DNA from: Camelus ferus
Taxonomy: Eukaryota
Length of the DNA stretch: 64,000 bases
Direction: 5' to 3'
Assembly: GCF_009834535.1 (NCBI RefSeq)
Contig: NC_045696.1
Location: 91,266,001-91,330,000 of the forward strand
The translations under genes were made by a program, and so were the position numbers. The notes below the pieces were generated by a model, which was given only the letters and a program-made list of their open reading frames with translations, made no database searches and was not told the DNA's origin. Shown one piece after another: positions 22,781 through 36,089 of this stretch. Each line of letters opens with the position of its first letter. Position 1 is the first letter of the stretch.

Positions 22781-25700
22781 TGTTTCCAATCAATGATCCA
22801 ACTCTCCATCCCTCTTGCACAAGCTAAGAGGAACCCCTTGAATGAGCTGCCATGTCGATGAAGGATTGTACTGAGGTGTGGTTTCCATAAACAAAGAAGG
22901 CACAAGAGCCGCCTACAGAATTCGCTGAGCTCTGGATAGCAGCTGACAGACCTAAGGCTTGAGGATAATAAAGTAACTTTCCAACCAAAGCAGCTCCGGG
23001 CAACAGCTGGCAGCGGCACAGTCCCCGAACAGAGACGTGCTATCTGGAGAGTAGCTGCAGGCCTCATCACAGCCCATCACTCGCCGGACGGGAGAGGGAC
23101 ATCTGCACTGGGGGCCCCTCCCAGCCACGCCCACACCCACAGGTCAGTCCACTCCACAGTGTTTGATCCACTGTTTATGGAACGCCTGCTCACACCAGCC
23201 AGTTCCACTTTGAGAAAACTTTGTCATCTTTTCCAGAACCACTTCTCTCCACAGTATCAATGTGTTACCACAGCCCCCCCACCAAGGAAATGAAACATTT
23301 TACAATTACCCACAACAGATGGGATGTGTAATCCTCACTCAATCCTGAATGCTTTAAGAGACCAGGATGCCACACAGAAGACATCAGAGTGTTTTTTGTT
23401 ATTCTGTATGTTAAAAGATAAGAACCACTGCTGATTGTGGAATAAAGTTAGAAATAGAGGGAGTAATTCCCACGGATTTTCAGGTCAACTAAAATGTAGC
23501 CAGTTGCAGAAAACCTTGATGGGAAACCCACTCTTTGTTTTGTAACTGATGGACCTGGTTGGGGCAGAATGTTCTGGAATGAACATGCTGCAGGGAGGAA
23601 GAGGCATGGAAGCATCCGAGCACCCAAAGAGCAGTGACAAAATGAAGTTTCCCGCCACACCGTGGAGGAGGCTGCAGTTTGTACTCTGCAGTTCCTTCTC
23701 ATTAACCAATAATGGCTCTGCCCCCGGCACCACCCGACTGGGCCATCCTGGTCTCTGCCTGCAGTATAGAATGAACTGTGCTGCCGCCTGGAATGCTTTT
23801 CTAAAGTAAAAAGTTAAGTAGATTATTAACTCTGACACTACATACAGAATTACACTGCAAATCATCAGCTATTTCCCCCTCATATTAAATCTGAGATACA
23901 GGAAATTAATCTGCCTCCCACAGTTCTCTCACCCCATTACTTATCTATAAACCTACTTCTTTTCATTCTTCTCCAAGTTCTTTCTCATTCTTGTTTCCCT
24001 TTCCTGATCTTTGCCTTCCTTTTCTTAATGTTCTACACCCAAAGGAATTAAAACCAACAAATAAAACTCTGGAGTTGAATATAGAGAATAGCCAAAGAAT
24101 TCTAAAGCTGGAAAGCCTATTAAAGATGTCATTCAGTTCCATCCATTATTGACAAGCAAACTGAGGGGCGAAAGCTGGTTAGGGCAGAATTCTTTGGCTT
24201 TAGAAGTTCTGTTTGCAGCTCTCTAGTTGGTGCTAGTACAGGGACTGACTAAAGCAAAGACCATGCTGCACTCTGATTTGCTGAGGGTCTTTCCTCCAGA
24301 GAACAGCACATCTCAGATGTCCCAGGTGAGATGGCTCTGTCACCTGGAAAACATTTTAAAACTACTGTTTATCATCAGTAGACTGCAATGACATTTATGC
24401 CTCCTTAATTCTAAAATCACATCTAGGCACAGTGAGGACTCATGTGAAAACTTCATTTAATAAGGTCCTTCTCCTCACCAGAAGGAGTTAAATAAACACC
24501 TTCATGAGATGCACACTTTTTACAATCCCACATTTAAAAAAGCCCCAGATCTCTCAGAAGAGCAACAATAAAAAGACAGAGAGTACCACATGCTAGGACT
24601 GTGTGGTATTCTTGTCAGCACTCTGAGTCATGGGGGAATTCAATCTCTCTTGGGGAATGGACATTTTTCTCAGTTTAAACAAGAATAAAATTCATCTTTT
24701 GAATACTCTGAACATTTCCCCTCTTCTATATTTTTTTTATTTGCTTTTGCTTCATATTTGGCCAGATTACTTCCTGCCTTTGTCCTTGAATTTCTCATCT
24801 AAGTGATGTTCTACCTTTGGCTTAGAAATTTTTAGAATTAAGTCAAGGCTGTGTTTCCCAACACAAAATTCTATATTATGGTACAAATAATGAAAAATAC
24901 TACAGAAAGCTCCTCAGTCTTTTTCATGTGGTAACCAACCCCCAAGGGAGACCAGATTCATTGCTTTTATTTATTTTAAATGAAGGATCAGTTTTACAAG
25001 TAAGAAATGGAGTGAAGTTGTACTAACTTCCCTCCTTCACACCGAGGGTCAAACAGACAATGAGGAGGTTCTATGCCACTGGCATCCAACATTAGTTTGG
25101 CTCAGGGGGCTCACTGAGAGGAAGAAGTGAGGGTAGAGACAATCGCAGTCACTCTTTGAAGCTGGTTGAACCCAACTTAGCCCCTCCAGGGCCTGAAACC
25201 ACCCTGCCATTCCTTAGCAGAGGGACAGCTTTCTGGTGTGACATGGATATCACATGGGCTACAGAGATTCCACCCAATGCCAGGGCATCCTGCTGCGAAA
25301 TGGAGGGCAAGAGAGGCACTAAAAGCAGAGACCTGACCTACAGATGAAGGAGGAATAGCGTGAACACCCTCAATCTCAGGCACAGAATCAGAAATCAAAG
25401 CAGAAAGTTGGAGGGCAGAGAATGAATCCAAATCTCATTCCCTCTCAATTTAAAAGAATTTTAAAAGAGTTTTCTAAGAGCAGAAACTGCCACCAAGGGT
25501 GTAGGAGTCAGGCTAGCTCTGGTCCATGACTGGTCTGACAAAGGCTAACTCTTACCCAGATGTCCAATAAAAACACTTAGCAAGTATCATTTCCATAAGG
25601 CTTTGTCTACTCGAAACACAAGCCAATTGTTTGGGTCCAATTTATGAAGCAGGGTCTTACGAAGGTTATGGGGTGAGGAGGCCTGATGACAACTAAATTG

Positions 25701-27354
25701 CCTTAAATGGAGCTCAAAATACCACCTTAAACATTCTCCTCTCCCAAGAAATGCTTAATCATAAATCAAGTGACTCAAAACGTATTAAAAATGACAAATA
25801 GAGCAAGCACTTACATCTCATTTTTTTCTTTTTAATTCACCAATGCATCAAAGATTTCTGAAGGACATTATTCCACACACAAAAAGAGATGAAGTGCACC
25901 AGGAATGCAAGATTCCAAGGATAAAAGAGGAGATTAAAAATCAAATGGTGGACCAGGCTTCATGCTGAAAATTAGTCTGAAAATAGACATACTCATTTTA
26001 AGACAAGGAGATGAGGACTGTCTGCTCTGAACTTGTAAGGAGTGGTGAATCTCACAATAATTGGACACATGTTTTTCATCTTAGAAGAACTTATGAATCC
26101 ATTTTAATGCATTAAAGTTCATGGGTACTATTTGTCCACAAGTAAGCTTTTTCCTCCTTTTCCCCCCTATGCTTACTTTAATGGGGTTTTGATTCAATGG
26201 GGGGGGGGGCCTTCTAAAACTCACTAATGTTTCCTGAATTGCCATTAGGCTAGCTTTAGAAGGAGTTTTAAAGCATGTGCTAAATGAAACTTTCTGTCTA
26301 AGAATCTTTAATATTCTAGTACTTTTGAGTAACAAGTTATTTTTATGTGTCCCTGCTTTTATTGGTAGAACTTCATTCTCAGCAATAAGAATTATGAAGT
26401 GCCTCGCTCAAGATGCAAATTTGTCTTGACCTGGAATAGATTAGAAAGTGGATCAGGCAGGAACGTCCAGCCTGGCAAATCATAACACACCTCTTCAACA
26501 GGTACTGATTCTGAGCCCTCGGAGGGCTCCGTGTGGGGAGGAAGGAAGAGAGGGTTTTCCGGGAACAACTCTTATTTCTTCTCCCTTCCTAGTGATTACA
26601 AATACCAAGCATATTCACCCAATTCTAAAGGTTTTTTTCACAACCTTTTTCAGTCTGCTTGGAAACATCTGTTTTTAATTGCATTTGGACTTGAAAACTA
26701 ATTTTGGGTGAGGTTGGGTTCAGGCTCCAATCAAGTTGGAGCTGAGAGACTATTGCTTATCCACGCATCCCAAAACTCAAGAGAGGCTTGAGGCCAAGGA
26801 TACCACACTTTCTGAATGCATACAAGAGGCACATGCATTTAGAAGTGAAAAAGGAATGGCTTAATTCTCTCAGGGAAATTTCTTTAAGGCCAATGATTTT
26901 GGGTTTTAGGTTACAGCTTTTAGACTCAGGATTCAACTTTGGGAAAGGTCATTTAGAGGACAACACCCTCCCATGCATTCCAATACATGGAGCAGGAGAT
27001 TAAGCATTCATATGATCAAATTAAAATCAAAACAGTATTTTGGGTTGTTCATTGACAAGATCATAAATCCAGCCCACTCCCCCAATTTGAAAGGAATTGA
27101 AACAAATACGCTCTCTCTTAACCACGATGGCATGGAGTTCTCTGCCCTCCATCTTACTAGAAGGTGAAGAAAGGAGAATGAGTCAAGAATTCCCCTTTGT
27201 GCAGGTTTTGGGACTACCTTTCCCACTCCAGGACCTGCTGAGGATGGCACCTCTGGAATTGGTCCCAACCTTGTCACTCACTCAACGGTGTATTCCTAGT
27301 ATCCACTCTTGCCTCAAAGTATCCAATTTTAAATGAAGCTTTTATTTTTCTGCT

Positions 27355-27446
27355 ACACACACACACACACACAAAAACACACACACACAAACACACACAT
27401 ACACACAAAACCAAAACCAAACAAACAAACAAACAAACAAAAAAAC
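27355..27446. repeat. Imperfect (CA)n followed by (CAAA)n
   Basis: Read directly. Confidence 0.9.
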
Positions 27447-28076
27447 ATTTTGGGAGTACTTGCTAGTGATCTATGGCAAAGTAATAAAAATCATAAAGAG
27501 CTGCTAAAGGACAGAAAGCTGTTTTGATTTTCTTTTATTGCTGAATCCAAAAACTAACTGCAAACTTCATGCCAAGGATTCTTAAGTGATTATTTGATAC
27601 TCTGACAATCCAGAACACGAGAGCTGGGTCCCTCACTTTGCAATTCTGAAAGACAGCTAGTGCCAGTTTTATCAAGCTGGTCAACAATAAGCACCCCTAT
27701 GTTTTCTGACACAGACATCGGTGAGTAAAAGACAAACATAATATTTCAATTTGATTTCATAACTATTATAAATTTTAATAACCTAAGTTACTGAAAACAA
27801 AGAGTGCCCCCATATTTGTTCCCTACATTCAAGGGATGTAGGTTTAAACACTATTGTTAATTTTCATTAAATTTATTATGCAGTTGTTCCAAATGACTAT
27901 TACCATAAACTGTTCATTCTAAAGATTCACTTTTATTGACACAAGGCAGAGCACTAGTTACCATTTATGAATTCGAAGTGTTCTCTGTAGAGATTTTCAG
28001 AGGTGGCCTGACTCTTTTTCTTAATACCTGCCATTATAATCTAACTAGAATTTCATATCTAAAATGCACCACTTTC

Positions 28077-28658
28077 TTTTTTTTTCTTTTTCAGTTTTAT
28101 TAGGTAGAATTATTGTGGTTTGACTGCACATACACATTATATTACATGTAAATACATATATACAGTATACACCACATTTTTTTAGTTTACATATGTGTAC
28201 TAATTGTTTCTAAGAACGGTTTAGAGCTTTAGCTTTTTAAACTTACATAGTTATCAAAGGAATAAAGCCAACTACAAAATAAGAATCAACAGAATGCGGT
28301 AATCCAATCATAAAGGACATTCAAATGTGCTAAACATATTCAAGAAATCAGTCATCTTAGTTATAAATAATAATTAGTTCATTTGTGTCCTTATTGTTGT
28401 TGTTATTGTTTAGATTCCTCATATAAATGATGTCATATGGTATTCTTCTTTCTCTCTCTGGCCCACCTCTCTCAGAATGACAATCTTCAGGTCCATCCAT
28501 ATTGCTGCAAATGGCATTTTATTATTTTTTATGGCTGAGTAGTGTTCCATTGTATATATGTACCACATCTTCTTTATCCATTCATCTGTTGATGGGTATT
28601 TGGATTGTTTTCATGTCTTGGCTATTGTAAATAGTGCTGCTGTGAACATTGGGGTGCA
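28077..28658 (-). mobile_element. L1-containing retrotransposed insertion with atypical 3' segment, 17-bp TSD
   Basis: TAAAATGCACCACTTTC (28060-28076) and TAAAGTGCACCACTTTC (28659-28675) flank poly(T), a ~300-nt non-standard segment and antisense L1 (~28375-28658). Confidence 0.85.
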
Positions 28659-29169
28659 TAAAGTGCACCACTTTCAATGCTTAATCTTGGCTCAATTTTT
28701 TTTATCTGATGAACCAAAGATAACTGAGGAAACTGCATCTGAATTTGATCCCCTGATAAAATGCTGATAACCTAGAAGACTTTGGAAAAGTCTTCCTTTA
28801 TAAATGAGTATCTCAAGTATAATAATGAAATGGCCACACCATTAGCTATTTAGACTTCTTAGAAGAGGCCATATAATGTACATGTTTATTCCCAAATGGC
28901 ATTTTGATGGCAAAGGGTACCAAAAAAAAAAAAAAAAAAGTCAGTACAAAAGACTCTCAAACTTCCAAGAAGTCAGGGAAGATGATGCACAAGGCAGGTG
29001 CTCCTATGAACACCGGGCAGCTGGTGCCTTTAAACCCACACTGAGTCCCTACATGCAGTTCCCCACTGCGGCTAGCGCAAACAGCAAAATGGAGTCCCCT
29101 CAGGAGACCTTTGGAGCTAATAGAAGTGAGGATGATACTAGTTCTCACTACATAATTCATAGCTTCACA

Positions 29170-30060
29170 AAAGTTTTAAATGTATATTTCTTTAGCATTT
29201 ATGACATCTTCTGATTATAAAAATATTATATGCTCATCATGGAAATATTGGAAGATGTAGAAACCATGAAGACTAAAATAATATCACTCATAATATCAAT
29301 TCTCAGAGATAATATTCTGGTTTATTCCTTTCTGTCTTTTAATGCAAGGTACATGACTACATATACAATACACATAAAACTTCATCCTTCTTTTTCTCCA
29401 CTATTATATATTGTAAGAATTTCTTCATGTCATTAAAAATTTATAATCAACATTTTTTTTAATGACTTTAGAACATTTCATTGTAAATGACCATTTAGGT
29501 TGTCCTCAGTCTTACAGACAGCCTTGTGACAAATTTCTGAGTAGGTACATCTTCTTGCATTTTTCTAGTAATTTCCTTAGAATAGATATCTAGATGGGAA
29601 ATTCATACTTTGAAGGCTCTTGATACAAACTGCTAAAATGTCTTCCAGAAAGGCTGTAGAAATTTACACATCTACTCAGCAGAGTATGGGTGTGCCAACA
29701 AGCTCGGCCCTTATCAGCTTTGATTCCCACAGTTTATGTTTGCTAATTTGATAGACTAAAAAGGTCTATTATTTTTGGTCTATTCATTTTGCCTGTATTC
29801 AATTCCTAGAGAGGTTAAGTTATTTATCATGTATGTTTTAATTATTTCTATTTCTTCTTTAATTATCTGTTTTTAAGTCCTATGTAAATCTTTCTTTTAG
29901 ACTTCTTTTCTTCTCAGTTATGGAAATTCTTATTAACATTCTGTTATTCACCATGTGTATTTCCTAATGTGTCCTTCATGTTCTGATTTTATATCTATAT
30001 TTGATGTCCAGACATGTTATAGTTAATTCTACAGATCTTTTCTCACCCATTTCCTTCAAG
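29170..30060 (-). mobile_element. Old L1 (L1ME-like) fragment
   Basis: CATTTAGGTTGTC...ATTTCCTTAGAATAGATATCTAGA...CTTCCAGAAAGGCTGTAGAAATTTACAC...TTTGCTAATTTGATAG. Confidence 0.65.
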
Positions 30061-33000
30061 ATTAGAAAGTACCAAATTTTAATATTTAAAATATCTCATA
30101 TGTGTGATATTGGTGTCAGTTAATGCCTTTTTAAGTGTCATTTAGAACCTATCACTTAGCTCCAGTATTGGATTGGGAGTTAGTAAATGCTTACCTACTA
30201 TGAAGCTGCCTCTTGGGATCATTTTCAAGGCAATTCTGAGGGAGAGACCATGGTAATCTCCCTCGAAGAGAGTGCTGTTTCCACAAAACTTCTTTATTCA
30301 GAGTCTGCAGTGTGCTTCATTGTTGCTATTACTGGATTATTTATTCCTCTTGGGTTATATACATATCAAGAGCTATATGTTATATATTATATACATTACC
30401 TTTTGCAATACTTCATTTCAAAATACTGATCAGTGTGTAAGAATATTTGGACCATGTGGAAATTCAAATGTATTGCTTAAAGAAAAGTATTATTGTATTC
30501 CCACTAAACGTTCAAAAATTTAGTTAGAGGCTTCAATTTCCAGAACCTGACAGAATGAGAGAATATATAACTGGGAAACTCAAGTAATCCTTGGATGGTT
30601 AAAAAGGCAGGAAGATAAAATGCACATCTCCAAGTTGAGTCCTTTCTGCATTGCCGCAATGAAGTATGTCAGCTGCAAAATGCAAGGGAATAGTGAGTTT
30701 TTCACAAGTTGAAGCAACCACCATACCCATTCCAAATGCTTTGTATAATTTGTTGTGACTTCATTATATTAATGTTAATATGCAAGCCCAGCCAAACAGA
30801 TTCAGACTAAAATTCTAGCTGATCTCTATTCTGCTGCCTAACCCGAAAGGAGCTTAACAAACAAAACAATCTGACCAAGAATCAATTCAACACTATGACT
30901 TCCATGTCATTGGTCCCAAGTGTACTCCTCAGTCATCTTCCAAAGGTAGACAGAAAGAGCTAAGAAGCATTTTTGATTGATCAGAGCATACAGAACAAAT
31001 AATGTACTTACATTTCTATACAGTTGGGGGAATCAAGATCTTAAGTAAAATATACAGGATCTATAGTCACAAATAAAGCCTGCCATTTCAATTATGCCAA
31101 GAGCATCCTAAAAGCAATAACGCAGAAAGAATGATAGCATTAAGGAGCAATGCAAACATACTTTAGGATCTAAGTATTTTAAAGGGACTGGGAGTCATTA
31201 GAGAAAACTGGTATGGAAATTTTTTTTCCCTGTGTCTTTGTTATTTTGGAGACAATGAATACTAAGCATCTTTTTCTAGGATGGATGGTAGTCCCTAATA
31301 AGATAGTAAAGTCACTTATCTGTCTGCTCAGAGATGCTAAGTTGTTTTGAAAAAAGACAATTAAATTTTTTTTCTTAAGTAACTTCAGTATGGGTTTATT
31401 TACCTGGTTTCCATGTGGATTTCTGAGTCAGCCCCATGGAACCTGTTCTTTGACCAATATAAAATAATCTGCCTGGGGGAGGGGCTATGTGGGCAGGTTC
31501 ACCAGCAGGATGGGCCTCTGCAGTTTGGGTCAGGCCTTCCTGCCCACCAAGCTCTTCCACGAGGGGAGAGGATGCCCTCTGGATTTTCATGTATCTAGAT
31601 TTTACCAACCCTGATCAATTCTGGTGTGCCAGTTCATAATTTGTGAAATCCCAAAGGCTTAAAGTTTCTTAGATGTAGTTCAAAAAGTTAATAAAAATTA
31701 TTTCATGAATTTTTTTATTGGGAGAACATGGAAGGGGTGTGGATTCCTCCCAGCCAACTCTCATGTCTTCTTTGAAATAAGATATTTCCTAGACTAACTT
31801 TAGCACATCCACAATATCTTTGCAGAGGTTATAAGATTAACAACAGTGAAAAACTGCAAAAATATTTCTAAAGTAACCCCAAAAATGGATCCAAAAGAAA
31901 GAGCTTATGGCTCTCATATGAAAATTCCCTTTTACACTCCCGTTGAAGTCCTATGTCAATTCTTCAGTAATACTGGGTATCACCACTGACAGCACAATGA
32001 ACACCAGTCCCCCGATCACACATAAATTCTGCGGGCTCCTACTCCCTCGTGCTTGAAAACAAACAAACGAGGCAATGGTGAATAAATGCCAAACGCCACT
32101 GAACTGATACCCAGCGGGACATTGAAAGGAATTACTGCAGCTAAATAGCACTTATCTGGTATTTAATCTCCAGAATACTTGCATTTCTGGGATGGCTCCA
32201 CAATAAAACTTATCCAGGAAAAAAAAAAAAAAACATCATTTTCTTAGAACTCAGTGTCACCAAGTACATCTGGGAAGAGTGGCCACAGGTAGCGCCTGAT
32301 GAACTGTGGTGATTATCTGAATCGATGACAGGAAAGGACAGTGCTGTTTAATTGCCCAGCTACATGTTTATAAGTTCAGTGCCTCCATACTAGTGCTGAC
32401 TGGCCTTGGGAGGGGACAGCAGACAAGAACACTGCAGACAGAGATGGAGAGGGAAGACAGTGCTGGATAGGAGAGAGGAGATGAAAAGTGGTGTGAGTGG
32501 CAGCAATAGCCAGCAGAAATTACAAGCAGTAACAGGGAGGGTGATCCAGGCCTCAGAAAGAAGGAAAGAGGCAGCCAAAAGACGTGTACTTGAGACAGAG
32601 AAAAGGCAAAGTGACCAAGGGAAACCCAGACACCACTGGGACATGCCAAGCAGGGGTCCTGCGATGGTGGAAAGAGGAGTCATTCAATCAAATTCTTAAC
32701 AAACACCTACATTTCTAGGGACCAGGAATGCAAAACTGAATAATTCATGCCAGTGCTCCAAGATGCTATAAACCAAGTAATTACCTCCTAAGGACCACAT
32801 CTCCCATATCCACATCTAGATCACTCAACGTTCAATCAGCAGTGCCAGACAAGGTACAGTTTGGAAAGCTCTCCAAGGAAAAAAACAAAAAGCAGCTGGT
32901 CTATAAACCATAAGAACAGAATGACTCCTTCTCCATGGGCGCTGACTGGCTCTGGTCTTACTCTGCCAGGTAATAATAAAAGCATGCAAACTTCCAGGAA

Positions 33001-33805
33001 TGAGGATCAAACTGAATATTCTTGTTTAGGGAGCTAGGAAATAATGGGATATAGAACCTTAACAAATGTGAAAGGTGAAACCAAAAATAAAAACTAACAT
33101 ACAAAAAGCCTATGTTGAAGTAGAGAACTTGGTCCCTTATTAATCAGACTGATGTCTACCATGGGATGCCAGGAACAGAGTTAAATCCTTACAGTTTTAA
33201 CTTCTGCATCTGATTTTTAATTTTTTAGTTACATTGCATCTGTATTAGGGTTAGTATCAGTAGACACCAGACACACAGATGTCTGATTGCAAGATTCTGG
33301 GTAAATCATTCCCACTTTAACATCAAACTGATGAAGCATTTATTTAAAAACATTTGTGGAGTTATAACTGCAAAGGTAGAACTCACGGTTTTGTGCATAT
33401 TACAACCACATGTTAAGACAATAGACTTCAATAAAAAAATCACCTTCAAACCCATTTTGTATCTGGGGGATTTGCTTTATCCCCTAACACCCCAGGTTTG
33501 AGGAACAATCGAGCACACGTTCCTTTACAAAACTTCATTTTCTGTTGAACCCTGCTTTGACCCTAAGTTTAACATCATTCCAAATTCAGTCTATTTTGCT
33601 CACACAAGATATTGCAGCCAAGCAAAACTCTGTCCCAGAAACCTCATAAATTGTATGAGCTGCTCAATTTAGGCCTAAGGGAGTAAACTGAAGAGAGCTT
33701 AGCCTGTCATACTGTTTTAGACTGCCTCAGAAATTCAGCATTAGTTCTAGATTGATTGAACTAGTTATGGTGGTGACCATGTGTGTACAGATACACATAT
33801 GTATG

Positions 33806-33832
33806 CACACACACACACACACACACACACAC
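33806..33832. repeat. (CA)n microsatellite
   Basis: Read directly. Confidence 0.95.
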
Positions 33833-33959
33833 GTATCTCATTATTTTAGTGTTTTTTTTTTTAACCAAGTAGTGACTTGACTTTAGTTCTTGATGCCCTA
33901 CTTTATTTAATATACTTAGGTGTTGGGTGGAAGGACACTGAGTGAGCACACCCACTTAT

Positions 33960-34075
33960 TTTATAATTCATTCCATTCCACCACTATTCACCAAATGCCT
34001 GCTGTGTGCTAGGTCCTAGGGACTCAGTATTGAACAGACGGAGGTAGACCCTCTTCTTACGAAGTTATGATTCAC
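33960..34075 (-). mobile_element. L2 3' end
   Basis: ATTCATTCC...AAATGCCTGCTGTGTGCTAGGTCCTAGGGACTCAGTATTGAACAGAC. Confidence 0.6.
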
Positions 34076-34124
34076 ATGACACGAGTTACAGTGTGAATTG
34101 GTCAGATAAATTCCTGACATCACC

Positions 34125-34285
34125 TTATGCCGACTTTGAAATCTAACGCTTCTACTCACCAGCTTTGCAACCTTGATTCAGTGTATTCATGCCTCAGTTT
34201 CCTCATCTGTATAACGGAAGTTGCTGTGAAGAATTAGAGCAAAGAGCACATGTAAAAGGCCTAGCACAGTACCTGGTGCACAACT
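34125..34285 (+). mobile_element. MIR SINE
   Basis: GCCTCAGTTTCCTCATCTGTATAACGG...CATGTAAAAGGCCTAGCACAGTACCTGG. Confidence 0.8.
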
Positions 34286-34368
34286 GGAGGGTGTCCCCTG
34301 CCTTCCTCACCATAGTCCCCCGTGGGCTTTGGAGATGATTTTGTAGGTTTCAGTACCTGTTCTCGCCC

Positions 34369-34400
34369 TTGTAATAGTTACGGCCACCAGGAGGCAGTAA
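34369..34400 (+). promoter_or_regulatory. CTCF-binding motif with upstream (U/M2-like) element (candidate)
   Basis: TTGTAATAGTTACGGCCACCAGGAGGCAGTAA: core CCACCAGGAGGCAG at 34384-34397 preceded by TGTAAT. Confidence 0.65.
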
Positions 34401-35704
34401 GAAATGGGCCCCATGAATCCTAAGGAGAGAAGCGCACTACTGTCCTTGACATGGCTGAAAACAAATTTCACTTTTGTGTTGGTTCATAAATGAACAAATG
34501 AAGAAACAAACAGTTTAACAGTCATTTAAAGAAACTGTAATCAAAGCAAAAGTAAAAATGATCGTATTCAGTTATTTGACAAATACATGCTGATGTCCTA
34601 TTCTGTGCCAGTCTCTGAAAATAAAAATAGTACCTGCCCTACTGCAGTGTGAAGGTTGGAAGAGTTACAATAGCACTGACAAGCAGTAAACACTTAGGAG
34701 CTATTTGAAGTTAGGATTTGGGGGAGGATATGTTTCAGGAGTGGCCAAGAGAGAAAAAGTGGTACTATTTAACACCTACAGAAATCTTTCTAAGAATATT
34801 TGACTTTTCCTGCCAATCTCTTACCTAGAGGAACCAAAAGTTTTCTGATCTAATATTTCTGATCATTTTTTCAATCACATAGGCCAACTGAAATAAAAGA
34901 TAAAATAGCATGGAATCTAAATATGCCACATCCTAAAATTCTGAAAGGACTCATTGGGATGATTAAGAGAAATGTTATGCCTTATCAAAGTCTACCTTAT
35001 TGCATTGAAAATAACTCTAAAATGTTCTATTGGTTTTTAAATGAGAAAAATGTCAATTACGAATAGAAGTATTAGAATGAACTGTTACCGATCTTAAACG
35101 TTTTCTTCTGGTTCTTTAACTTACAGTATGCAAATTGTAAGGGCATGATTCTATCCATGTTCATGTAGAAGGGGGCTGTAAAAATCTGGAGTGGTAAATA
35201 AGGATGGACATCCATGAATATAAAATCCAAAGCCACTATGATCCAATGTCTTTGGTGTATGAAGGTGACAAAGCCATTTACGCAATTAAATACATTAACA
35301 GACATTTTAAAAGCTCACAAATCTTCCATTTTATTTTTTTTCCATTTGAATATGTTTGCAGAGATGTTTGTCTGTAGCCACTGACTATTTTTAATGATTA
35401 CTCCCAGTTATGGACTATCTGTCAGCATCTGTGGATTGTTCTTCAGCATTAGTATAAAAAAGAATAAGATATCCCCTAATGGCAGCATATCATGTTCAGC
35501 TACCTTGAGGCAAGAAAATATTAAAACTGGATGAAGACAAGAAATTAAAACTGGATGTAGGTTTTTTGTTTTAAAGAACAGCTGAAAACAAATATCTGAA
35601 AACAGACTGGCCTCTTTTCTAGTCTAAACAAGTTGCAACATTAAGCAGGTTGTCAGAGAAAGTACAAGATTTTTCATGTAATATTTGAGGTATATTTAAA
35701 AAGT

Positions 35705-35774
35705 TAACCGTTGTTTATCTGAAAGTCACATTTACCTGAGGGTCTATATTTTCATTTGCCAAATCTGGGACACC
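35705..35774. mobile_element. MER53-like fragment (one arm)
   Basis: CGTTGTTTATCTGAAAGTCACATTTACCTG...TTTGCCAAATCTGGGACACCT. Confidence 0.6.
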
Positions 35775-36089
35775 TGTACATGAAGCCCTCCGTGCATACA
35801 TAACACAAAACTTTCACTCTTTGAAGATTAATCCTGAGAAAGGTTTACCTGAATATGCAGTTGGTTAGTCAGGTAGCAGCCTATAAAATTTGTCAGATCC
35901 CCACCTACCTGGCACAGCAGAAGGCTCATGGAGAGTGCTTTTTCCACTTTTCCATGTCTGTAGACAACATAGAACTCACTTGACAATTGACAAATAAATA
36001 CTTGGAGCATAGAACTTAACGAGGCCATTCAGTACCAAGTACAAACAAAACTGATGAGGTACAGCTTAAAACATCCCATTCACTCCTAG

